Below, in pieces: positions 26,493 to 35,964 of a stretch of DNA of 64,000 nt. The stretch covers positions 16,682,029 through 16,746,028 of the forward strand of contig MU054323.1 of NCBI GenBank assembly GCA_013239625.1, read 5' to 3'. A program made the position numbers and the translations under genes. Source of the stretch: Lama guanicoe. Taxonomy: Eukaryota. Position 1 is the first letter of the stretch. Each line of letters starts with the position of its first letter. Under the pieces are notes generated by a model. That model did not search any database. It saw nothing but the letters and a program-made list of their open reading frames with translations, and was not told where the DNA came from.

Positions 26493-26516
26493 TTCACAGG
26501 TAAAGGCTAAGTTCTG
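26493..26516 (-). promoter_or_regulatory. miR-27b recognition element in the CYP1B1 3'UTR
   Basis: Minus strand reads CAGAACTTAGCCTTTACCTGTGAA, complementary to miR-27b (UUCACAGUGGCUAAGUUCUGC) at nt 1-7 and nt 9-20 around a small bulge. Corresponds to the element described for human CYP1B1. Confidence 0.9.
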
Positions 26517-29323
26517 AGACATGAAAGCTTTTAGATAAACCACAAAACAAACCTGAGACATCTTCCTCTTGTTTTGGGAAAAAAGCAATTTTCTTACAAA
26601 ATCAAAACTTTGATATATAAATGAAGCATTTAATGAACGATATACTTTAACTATTGCAATAACCTTGAGTAGATGTTCTGTCTAAAGCGGTGACAGGCAA
26701 ATACACTTTCTCTAGCAGAAATTAAATGAGGTTTTCTGATTAAGCCAGTAACCTGATTACGGTAGCCCCTAAATGTGGTTCTTTTTATTTGTTTGTTTTG
26801 GTTTTGCTTTCCTTCCTTCAACTGGGTTACAAACATATTAAATAAGCCAGGAAACCTCCCCGCGCCCACCTTACTTTCTTCTATGTCCACAAGCAGATGA
26901 ACTGAACCTACACACATAAAAACAGATTACAGCACATCTGGACCTGGTTGACTTAATGAGGCATTCAGATTGGTACATGTTACTTTTGCAGCCACACATC
27001 TCTCAGAGCAAGTAGGCTAGGGCAGCCCCAAATTACCATCTCACCCTGCTCCAGGGGCAGGGAAGGGTGGATAACAATGTTTTAGAATAGTTAGTGTCCA
27101 AAAAATTGAAATGCATTGGGTAAGCCTGATTTCAATAGATGACTTTAGTGCCTTTAAAAATACTGGCACAGTTTTTCATATTCAAGAGATTAGGCTGTAA
27201 GGTTTTATAAATTAAAATTACATCAAATTTGTATTAATAAAAATTTCAATTTATAAAATTGAGCTGCTGTGTTGTAGACTTCTTTTTCATCTACTTGGGA
27301 TTTAACACTGCATGCAAAACATCTTTTTTGTAGTCATACTTCAAATTAATTTTAAATGAGTGGAGAAATGTTTAATCATTTTTCTTTTCCATTCTTTTCT
27401 CTTACCACTCCCACACAGAACCATCATACACTCCTTCCTTTATCATTTTGATAAAAAGATTCCAAAAAGCTTAATAAAATGTAACAAGCAGTAAGCTTTT
27501 AGGACCCAGCACAACTCCACAACTTCCTTTGGATGTTTACAAGCACCAAAAGTTCCAACTTCAAACTTCACTTTGTACTTTTGCGATCTTCCGTCACTTT
27601 TTTTTAAAAAGGTTTTCAGGTTATTTACATAAACCGAACATCAACATTTTGTTCAAGCTTTATGTTTTCACACTTACCAAAGTGACTGCTCACTGCATTG
27701 GCCATCTCAAGCAGTACATCTGATCTGACTGACTCCACTGAAACACAATGCAATCCTCAACACAACCTCCCAAGACAGATTCTCACTTCCCAAAACACAA
27801 ACACCAATGCTACCTTTTAAAAACTCATTTAAAAGAGAAACTAACTCCATTATAATGGGAAATTGCCCCCTAGTTTATTTAATAGAGAACATCCAGATAA
27901 TTCATTGCATTTTTCACTATTCATCCGGCAGACATAGGTTAAATCTCTCAGCCTTCCACAGGCTAATGGTCAGATTTCCAGTAACTTAAACTGGAATGCA
28001 ATAATCAGAATAGCTTTAAAATTAAATTAAATTTTAAGCATGCCAAGAGTTTGGAATGATAACATATTAACTAGATCAATTTCAAAGAGATTCTGTATTG
28101 TGAATATAATTTTAATATATATGTTGTCAAGTGATAAGGAACACATTTTACAGATCCAATTTTGAGATTTTTTTCAATTCTCATCCAAGTTTTGAATGAG
28201 AGAAGAGACTGCTTCAACTCGGTTTCCATGATGTCAAAAATAAGTGGCTGATTTAATCAAGCTCCTATCATGTATTTGAACCAAAACTGGTTAAATTGGT
28301 TGTACTTTTTATTTGCTATGACATTATAAAAGACATTGTTCAACCTTTACTTGACCAAAATAACTAATACTACTTAATACTAAAGTATCTAATATATAAT
28401 TGCTTATGGATAATTATGTAATATATGTATATACTTTGAATACTATTCGGTGACTTTTTTTAACATATGACAGTTACTGAAATCAGTACATTACAATCAT
28501 ATAATTTAAAGCTTAGTTGAGCTGGTAAGAAATTTTTTGTTTTTGTTTTTGCTCATAATTGAAATTCTGTACTCTGGCACCCAAGAGAGGTATGGTTTCA
28601 GCTTGGAATTGTTTACAATTAAACAATTTTCACTTAAAAATTCATAATAAATCACTGAAACCCACTAAATCAATTACTATTAATTTCTTCTCAAGCAAAT
28701 GACTCTATGATGACCCAAAAAGTAAGAGAAAGAATATCAGTGAGCAAAAAGAGAAATCCACCCATAGATATTAGCGTCTAACTAAGCTGTTTCTTTGAAA
28801 AGGTGAGAAGGGAATTTCTGGTCTTCACCTTTTCCCTTATCACCCCAAATCACGTATCTTACACTGAAATTATTTGCCTTTGTGCATTTAACAACATTTT
28901 CTGAAACTTTGCTTAATACAAATTTCTATGGAGCTGACTTGTGCACACAGAACATCAAATTTGGATCCCACCCTGCACAGTGTGGCTACTGAAATCAGGT
29001 AGTTCTGTATGTGTGCTCATGTTTTTTTTAACTCCAAAGAATGCTCCCTCAAGAAATTATTATTACCAGCATTAGGTATGTATAAAAATTCTTTGGGCCC
29101 TTTCACTCTTTGACTCCAAAACTCTCCCAGAGCCTCTGCACAGCCCAGCACTCACGAGGTGCCATTCTGAGGACACGTGCGTGAAGCACATTATCTGCGG
29201 GTCAGTTGGTATATGCTCACTTTAGAGGCTAACTGAGGAGCCAGGAAAAAAAAACAAACAAACATGCTAATTTTACTCCCCATGCCCCAAGTACTTATCA
29301 CATTTCTGCTTGCCTCTGGCTTC

Positions 29324-29912
29324 TTAGTGGCAGTCTTCCTCGGCTTGTAACTTTTGCACAGTGTGATCAAGGAGCTCCATGGACTCTCTGAGGGTGACAT
29401 TGATTTTGAATGACTTGGGTTTAATGGTCAGGCCGTAATTAAAATCCACGTTCGGGGGCTCGTCTGGATTGGCCCTGAAATTGCACTCATGAGCCAGGAT
29501 GGAGATGAAGAGAAACAGCTGCATCTTGGAAAGCTCTTCCCCGATGCACCGCCGTTTGCCCACTGAAAAAATCATCACGCTGCTGGCCAGGTCTTTGTTG
29601 ATGCAGCCATCCTTGTCCAAGAATCGGACTGGATCAAAGTCTTCTGGGTTAGACCACTTCACCGGGTCATGATTCACGGACCACTGGTTAACAAAAACCA
29701 CTGTGTCCTTGGGGATGTGGTAGCCCAAGACAGACGCGCTGGCCGTGGTGGCGTGAGGGATGGTGACTGGCACAAAGCTAGAGAAGCGCATGGCTTCATA
29801 AAGAAAGGCCATGACGTAGGGCAGGTGGGGCTGGTCATCCAGGCAGGGCAGGCGGTCCCGACCCACCACTTGGTCCAGTTCCGCCTGTACCCGCGTCTGC
29901 ACTTCTGGATAC
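29324..29912 (-). CDS. CYP1B1: Cytochrome P450 1B1, coding part of exon 3
   Basis: Acceptor AG at 29914-29913, in phase with exon 2 (AG|G = Arg, then YPEVQTR). Contains K-helix ExxR (EAMR), meander FDPVRF and heme motif [10 protein letters not shown]. Stop TAA at 29326-29324. 589 nt; total CDS 1611 nt = 536 aa. Confidence 0.99.
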
Positions 29913-30228
29913 CTATTTGATTTTTAATGCAGAGAGAGGAAAGGAGTGAGGAAAACGAATTCTTCTTTTATCTAGAAAACACATTGCAATTTATTTTAAT
30001 ATCACTTTTCTTTAAACTGGCTATCTGAATCAGTAAGTGAATGAACATTTCCAACAACAACAAAACAACCTAAAACAGTTTCTTAATTTACCACTGAATT
30101 ATAAGATAGAATACAAGTTGTATTTCTTGTAATAAGCCTCCAGTGGCTCAAACTCTCTTTCCTATCATAAGTCAGGAAAAAAAAAAAAGACTTTATAAGT
30201 TTTCTCAGTCTGAAAAAGCGCAGCAATG

Positions 30229-30473
30229 GAGGCCGACTTTTCCATTAGTCACGGCTGGGGCTGTGCCTAAGGACCCACGAAAATGTTTTCATTTCTCTTA
30301 AAATCAGAAGAAAATGAACTTTTAAGTCAAAGAAAATGTTTTAATACATAATTGTAATATATCTTTCTTTATACCAATGTAGTCATAATATTTACTTAAA
30401 AATTTGTTTATGGACTAAGGAGTCTGCAAAGGCAAAAGCACGCTGGGCTCACAAAAATTAAAGTGTTGTCCTG
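30229..30473 (+). mobile_element. ORSL-like hAT-Tip100 element in intron 2
   Basis: GGCCGACTTTTCCATTAG...GTGCCTAAGGACCCACGAAAATGTTTT...AAAATCAGAAGAAAATGAACTTTTA...GTCCTG. Confidence 0.7.
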
Positions 30474-30619
30474 AAAGCGGTTCCTTTTTTTCCTCATCTC
30501 CCTAGACAATTCCAGCAGACACATTGTTCTCATTTTATACAAAGGTAATTGATACCCTGATAGATAAAGCTACATAACTTCTAAATTTAAAAGCAAGTCC
30601 CCAATGTTCATGAAATTAT

Positions 30620-31070
30620 GGTACAAACTGGAATGCTTATTCACTGTTGCTGATAAAACCAGAACAATCTTTTTGGAAAACAAAATCTTATTACAAAGCA
30701 AGATCCATAAGGGTAACTCCTCCCCAACATTTTTAAACCCAGGAATCCATGCCTAGAAATGTATTTTCAAGCAATAACTTAGCAGGTCCAAAATATATAG
30801 CTACAATAGCTGATATTTTAAAAATGCAATCTAGAACGTTAAAGTACAAGAGATGGCAATATCCAACGATATGTTACTATGGCAAAATACTACGTAGCCA
30901 TCAAAAATTACTAAAATAAAGTTTAAGAGATGAGGAAGCGTCCACTGCAGTAAATGGAAATGTCAGACGCCAAAACATTTGTAAATAATTATTGCAACTC
31001 TGAAAAAAATGTAAGCATGTATTTGATGAAAGTATGGGTGATTTTAAAAATTGCTTCTTTAGCATCATAC
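30620..31070 (+). mobile_element. Degraded L1ME 3' fragment in intron 2
   Basis: TTCACTGTTGCTG...ACCCAGGAATCCA..CCTAGAAAT...ATACTACGTAGCCATCAAAAAT. Confidence 0.55.
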
Positions 31071-31072
31071 TT

Positions 31073-31263
31073 CAGGAGTCTGCAAACTTTTTCCTAAGGG
31101 CCAGATAGTAAATATTTTAGGCTTTGTAGGTCAAACTCTCTGCCTCACAACTATTCAACTCTGCCTTGTGCTGTAATGTGAAAGTACCCATAGACAGTGC
31201 ATAAATGAATGGGCATAGCTATATTCTCATAAAACTTAAATAGGGAGTGTAATTTGCCATCTG
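31073..31263 (+). mobile_element. MER58A-like element in intron 2
   Basis: CAGGAGTCTGCAAACTTTTT..TAAGGGCCAGATAGTAAATATTTTAGGCTTTG...CAACTATTCAACTCTGCC. Confidence 0.85.
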
Positions 31264-31791
31264 TCATATTGTCTTTTCACTAAAAAGAAAAAAAAGGGAC
31301 TCATCAGCTTTATTGAATTGAAAGCGACCCCAAAATTGTTTTATTTCCTTTTGCTGCCCAATTGGAGTACACGCAGAAAGATTTCAATGTGGTTTCAAGT
31401 GGAAAAGACGTTTCAAAAAATAACGTGCAAATCAGGGGATGTAAAAGACCTGTTGAATTCATTTTAGAATCATTGTCTTCCTGATCTATCACTCCTGACT
31501 TCTCTTTATTCGATTTCTGCCGCTCCTCCATATGTGTTTCTATATTAATACTGAAGTGATTTTAAATATACCAAAAAATTGTGAAAGCAGCTGTACAGTA
31601 TCTAAGGAAATGTAATAGTCTAATTTAGTGGGATCTAACAACAAAAGAAGCTGTCTTTACTTTCCAGTTTCTAAAGGCGCCACAAATTCAGCTTCCCCTA
31701 CCGCCTACCCGTGCGCCAAGGAAGTGCACAACCAGGATTTCTGGTCGCTCAAAGGCTATCAAGATTTGCCTTGAATGATAAAACCCCGGGG

Positions 31792-31909
31792 TAAGGTTGC
31801 CGGACAAAACACCACAGGCCGCCCAGTTAAACGTGAATTTCAGATAAACAATGGCTAATCTATGTCCTGTGTAAAATTTATGTTTTATTTGCTCAGTCTG
31901 AGGCTACCG
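31792..31909. mobile_element. MER53-like hAT remnant
   Basis: TAAGGTTGCCGGA...GCCCAGTTAAACGTGAATTTCAGATAAACAA. Confidence 0.7.
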
Positions 31910-32660
31910 GGAATCTGTTTAATTCGTGCGTGTAGAAATTTAGCAGAACTCTTAGATTCGGTGAGCTACCCGAGCCGAGCGCAAGGCCCTAGAGGACCAC
32001 AGTGCCTCCCATTTGCCGTTTTAAAAGCTGTTCTGCGTTCGGTAAAGTTACTGCGTCTCCCATTCTTTACACCGACACTTCTCCTAGCGCGGCGGTTTTA
32101 TAAACCTAGCACAGTCTGCTGGTTTCTGGCCGCTTTCTTAACGCCTGAGATTAGCCGTCCGTGGGGCCAGGCCTGCCTCCGAGAGCTGCCTTTACCGGGG
32201 AACAAAGCCCTGACAAGCGGCTTACTTTTAGCTTCAGGGCCGAGCAGCCTCGGATCCGCGCTTAAGACTAGTCTAGGCTGCTGTTTATTTAACATATTTA
32301 CTGCGTGGCCCTTTCCTTCAGAACCGTTCCAGTTTGGCTTCTCCTGTGCCAGGGTGGGAGATCAGGGCTGGTCTGCGGGCATTAAAAAAATCTTGTTTTT
32401 CCAGGAGGTTTCACACAAATTTGTACCCACTCAGAGATGCGGAGCCGAAAGGGCGCCGCTGGGTTGGGTCTGCGTGCGCTCAGGTCTCCTCCCGCACTGA
32501 GCCTTCCTGAGCCGCACTTTCTGACAGGGACCTCGAGCGAAATCTCGAGCGAAATCTCGCGACTTAGTCGCGACCTCGGCGACCTCGGCACATTCTAGTT
32601 CCACCCCACCTTTTACAGAGGAAGTGAGGAAGGCCAGCCCAAGCCTCCTGGAGGCTTTAC

Positions 32661-33682
32661 CTGGTGAAGAGGATAAGCAGCCACTGCAGCGCGGTGGAGA
32701 GTGTGTCCTGGCTGGCGCCGAAGATGTCAGTGATGCTGGCCGGCACGTACGCCACGTCCGTGCCCGAGCCCGCCTCCTTTCCCGCCGAGAGGATTAAGGC
32801 ATCCATCATGTCGCGGGGAGCGGCCCCGGACCGAAGGCTTTCGCGGTGCCTCAGGAACTTGTCGAGGACAAAGTTGCTGAAGTTGCGATTGAGCTGCTGG
32901 AATTCGCGGAAGGCGGTGCGCACGGGGTTGGGAAAGCGCTGCAGCCAGGGCAGTACGTCCACCAGGCTGCCCGCTCCCACTGTGCGCCCGAACTCCTCGT
33001 TGTGGCTGAGCAGCTCGCGGAACTCGGCGTCGTCGTGACTGTAGCGGCAGCCGAAGCACACGGCGCTCATGACGTTGGCCACGGCCACTATGGTCAGCTG
33101 CCGCGGGTCCAGGAAGGCGCCGCCCGAGCTGCCGCGCACCAGCAGCGCCACCAATTCCCGCGCCTCAGCTAGCACGTGGCCCTCGAGGATCCGGCGGCCG
33201 CGCGGCTGGCGCGTGGAGAAGGCTCGTATCGTGCTGTGCGCCGCGCGCCGCTGCGCCTTCCAGCTCTCCGAGTACTGGCCAAAAGCCAGGCTGCGACCAC
33301 CCGACACCACGCGGAAAGAGGCGAAGGGCGGCCGGTCGGCAAAGGCGGCGCCCTGCTGCAGCAGGGCCTGGCGGATGGCGCGCTCACCGTTCAGCACCAC
33401 CACCGGCCAGTTGCCCAGGCGGATCTGGAAGACGTCGCCGTAGCGCCGCGCCAGGCGTGCGAATGAGAGGTGCGGCGCCGGGCCCATCGACGCCGCGTTT
33501 CCGATAAGAGGCCATGCGAAAGGACCCGGGGGCGCGGACCCCAGCTGCCGCCGCCGCTGCCTCAAGAGCCTCTGGGCCATGTGCACCGCGGCTAGCACCG
33601 AGAGGAGCAGCAGGAGCGTGGTCTGCTGGGCAGACAGAGGGATCGGCGGCAGATGATCCTCCGGGCTAAGGCTGGTGGCCAT
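32661..33682 (-). CDS. CYP1B1: Cytochrome P450 1B1, coding part of exon 2 (codons 1-340 plus 2 nt of Arg341)
   Basis: ATG at 33682-33680 lies 1 nt after an AG acceptor (33685-33684). Translation MATSLSPED...[12 protein letters not shown]...[16 protein letters not shown] shows the membrane anchor, proline-rich hinge and I-helix of CYP1B1. Ends at donor AG|GTAAAG (GT at 32660-32659). 1022 coding nt. Confidence 0.99.
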
Positions 33683-34103
33683 GCTGCAGAGATAAGAGTG
33701 AACGCGTGACACTCAGGTAGGCAGAGAACGGGTCGGACGACCCGCCCCTACCCCCAGCCTAGGGCTACAATGCGCTGCTGGGTAGGGAGGAGGTCGTGCG
33801 TAGGTTAGGTCAGGGTTGGCTCACTGGAGAAGCAGCTGAAAATGCCTCTTGCCACCCCAAACCCATCCCCAAAGGCGAAGTAAAGGGTTCCGTTTCCACC
33901 TCTATCTGACCCAGACCCCCCACACTGCACCAGCTGCCTAACGGTTCCTGCAATTTGGGGACAACACAGCGGACATCAAGGCGGTGGCGCTCAGTCCCTT
34001 CAAAATGCATACCATCCTGGCCCCTGCGCATCCCCCCGCCACCCCTTATTGAGAGAACCCATCGCAAGAGGCCGCGGGAACGTAGCTCCACCAACAGACT
34101 GAC

Positions 34104-34498
34104 CTGCGAGGAGGCGCGGTTTCCAGCAGCGCCAGGCTCCGAGAACCGTCTGAGATCTTTGTGGGGTTCAAGACGGTAACCCGAGTGTCTCCAGGAAGTC
34201 GGGGGCCCGCGCTGGACACCTGTTGCCAGCTCTGGGAGCTTTAGCGCCCACTCTGCAGTCTCTAGGCGTCGTCAGAGCCAGGGACGCTTGGATTGGAATG
34301 GGAATGGAGAAAGATACCTCCTTTGCCGAGCCCAGCTGCACCTGGGGCCTCGGCAAAGTCAGGGTTTTCTTACTGCGTGGGAATTGCTATTGGGGGTCGA
34401 TGAATGGAGTCTATTCCCAGCCCTCACCGCTCCCGCACGGCTCTGACAGCTGGCGTCGCAGAAGCGTGGCGGGTTTGTACACCGTCACTCGGGAGAGT
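34104..34498 (-). other. CYP1B1: CYP1B1 non-coding exon 1 (5'UTR)
   Basis: Begins at Inr TTGACTCT (34501-34494) and ends at donor CAG|GTCAGT (GT at 34103-34102). The ~395 nt exon and 420 nt intron 1 fit the known mammalian CYP1B1 layout. The TSS is inferred. Confidence 0.85.
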
Positions 34499-34590
34499 CA
34501 AAACGCGCCATCCCGCTTCTTTTTTAAGGTCTGCGTTGGGGGAGGAGGTAGTCGGACCTGGCAGGGGCGGGGCTTACGGGGGGCGGGGCG
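34494..34590 (-). promoter_or_regulatory. CYP1B1 core promoter: Inr, TATA-like box, two Sp1 GC boxes
   Basis: Inr TTGACTCT 34501-34494; TTAAAA 34527-34522 (about -29); GGGGCGGGG at 34564-34572 and 34580-34588. Same order and similar spacing as the characterised human promoter. Confidence 0.88.
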
Positions 34591-34646
34591 CGTCGGGAAG
34601 GTCCAAGTCTCTAGGACTCCAATTGGGGTCGCCTCGCGAGGGCTGT

Positions 34647-34653
34647 CACGCGA
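34647..34653 (-). promoter_or_regulatory. Proximal XRE (TCGCGTG)
   Basis: CACGCGA on + strand matches TNGCGTG; ~150 nt upstream of the TSS. Confidence 0.55.
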
Positions 34654-35449
34654 GGCGCCCCCGGCTTGCCCCGACGGCCTTGGCGCAGTAGCTGGCAGCT
34701 TTCCTGGAAGCCGTGGAATGAAATTTTCGTTTCCCTGAAACCCACTCTTCACAATTAGCCCCGATCGAGGCCACACGGTTTCCCAGGACGCGCGCTCGGG
34801 ACAGAACCTGAGCAGCCCTCTGCGCTCTGGGTGAGAACGCGCTCCACGTCCCGAGAGCCCGACCTCCCTTCCCTCTCGGTGACTTCAGCTTCCTTCCCCA
34901 AGAGAAAACCGCTCGGGATCCCTGGGCGCCAGAACCTGGAAAGGAAACCCGTCAGTTTGGAAACGAGGAAAGCTCGCTTGTGGTGGCGGTTTGCCTTACA
35001 GCATCCCACGTTGTTTTATTTTTATTTTATCTTAACGTTCTTGCACATAAATCGGCCAGTCAGATCAGGCCCTTTGCTGCACAAAGTTCTCCCTCCACCT
35101 TGCGCGGCGAGATCAAGAATCCCTGAAAGACGCTGCTCCCCCGCCCCGGGGCCCCGACCGTCCCTGGCACACAAAGGCCAGCACTGGCGCGCCGCAGCTG
35201 GCCCCGAAGTTTCCCGCGTAGAAGCTCCTCCAGGTGGCGCCGCCCACTGGAGATCGCGGGGCCGCGCTGGCCGCGTCCGAGGCCCTTGGCTCCCAGCCCG
35301 GAACCAAGCCGGGACGAACACTGGGGAGAGGAGGGGAGGGAGGGTGCTCTGGAGATTCCTGGAGGGAGGAGGCGGGAAGAAAGGAGGAGGAGGCCAATCT
35401 AAGCGCGCCTGCGAACTTTATCGGGTTGAAAAGTTTCTTCTGCTGTCGC

Positions 35450-35670
35450 CTCCCCCTTGCGTGCGGAGCTGTGCCTTGCGTGCGCCGCTTCTGGAAAGTC
35501 GGCTCCAGTCATATCCCTCGGCGCTTCTCACGGCACCTGACACGCCGAGGCGGCGGCGGGGGCGGCGGCCGAGGGCGGGGTGCGGGCCACCACCACCCTC
35601 AGCGGCGCACGCACAGCCGCGCCCGCCAGGGCTGCCACCCAGAGGCCAGGTCTGGGCGCGCGTGCTCTCC
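35450..35670. promoter_or_regulatory. AhR/ARNT (XRE/DRE) enhancer cluster of CYP1B1
   Basis: Full XREs TTGCGTG at 35457-35463 and 35476-35482 (19 nt apart). Further GCGTG/CACGC cores at 35541-35545, 35608-35612 and 35660-35664, with GC boxes between them. About 1 kb upstream of the TSS, as in human and mouse. Confidence 0.88.
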
Positions 35671-35964
35671 GAATGAGTACTCTTCTTTCAAAAGGGAAGC
35701 AGGAGGTACTTGGGCAGCTGTAGCCTCCCTGGCCGGCCACTGCGCCCTTTCCTGCTGGCTAGTACAAAGTATTTTAAAGACCCTGGAGAGGAAGGGTCTT
35801 TTCCGCTAGGCTGAGGAAAGAACAAGCCCGGGGGGAGGGTGGGACGTATGGTAGTTACACAGGTAGAAGTGTACTTCAGAGCCTCCGGGGTCATTAAGTT
35901 TAAGTAAAGAAGTTGGGCGCTTACCACGTGACAGACCTGTGCCTTGAGCTTAACACGCGCTGGG

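Larger units (their letters stand above)
26120..29323 (-). other. CYP1B1: CYP1B1 3'UTR (~3.2 kb)
   Basis: AT-rich segment with no recognisable interspersed repeat, running from the stop codon to an AATAAA at 26146-26141. Length fits the known long CYP1B1 last exon. Cleavage site approximate. Confidence 0.85.
31950..35960. promoter_or_regulatory. CpG island spanning enhancer, promoter, exons 1-2 and the start of intron 2
   Basis: Visibly dense CpG and high GC compared with the CpG-poor flanks. Boundaries estimated by eye. Confidence 0.9.

Noticed and set aside
29324..29902. Stand-alone 192-aa P450 ORF
   Set aside because: This is CYP1B1 exon 3 read from an internal GTG (Val), not a separate gene.
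33683..33712. N-terminal extension [10 protein letters not shown] of the 351-aa ORF
   Set aside because: It starts at a GTG within intron 1 and crosses the AG acceptor at 33685-33684; the true start is the ATG at 33682.
34331..34348. Canonical iron-responsive element in the 5'UTR hairpin
   Set aside because: The loop is GUGCAG, not CAGUGN; retained only as a generic hairpin.
31862..35809. Long alternative and antisense ORFs (212, 281, 191, 171 aa and others) in the CpG island
   Set aside because: Expected from stop-codon scarcity in GC-rich DNA; Pro/Arg/Gly-rich, with no recognisable domains.
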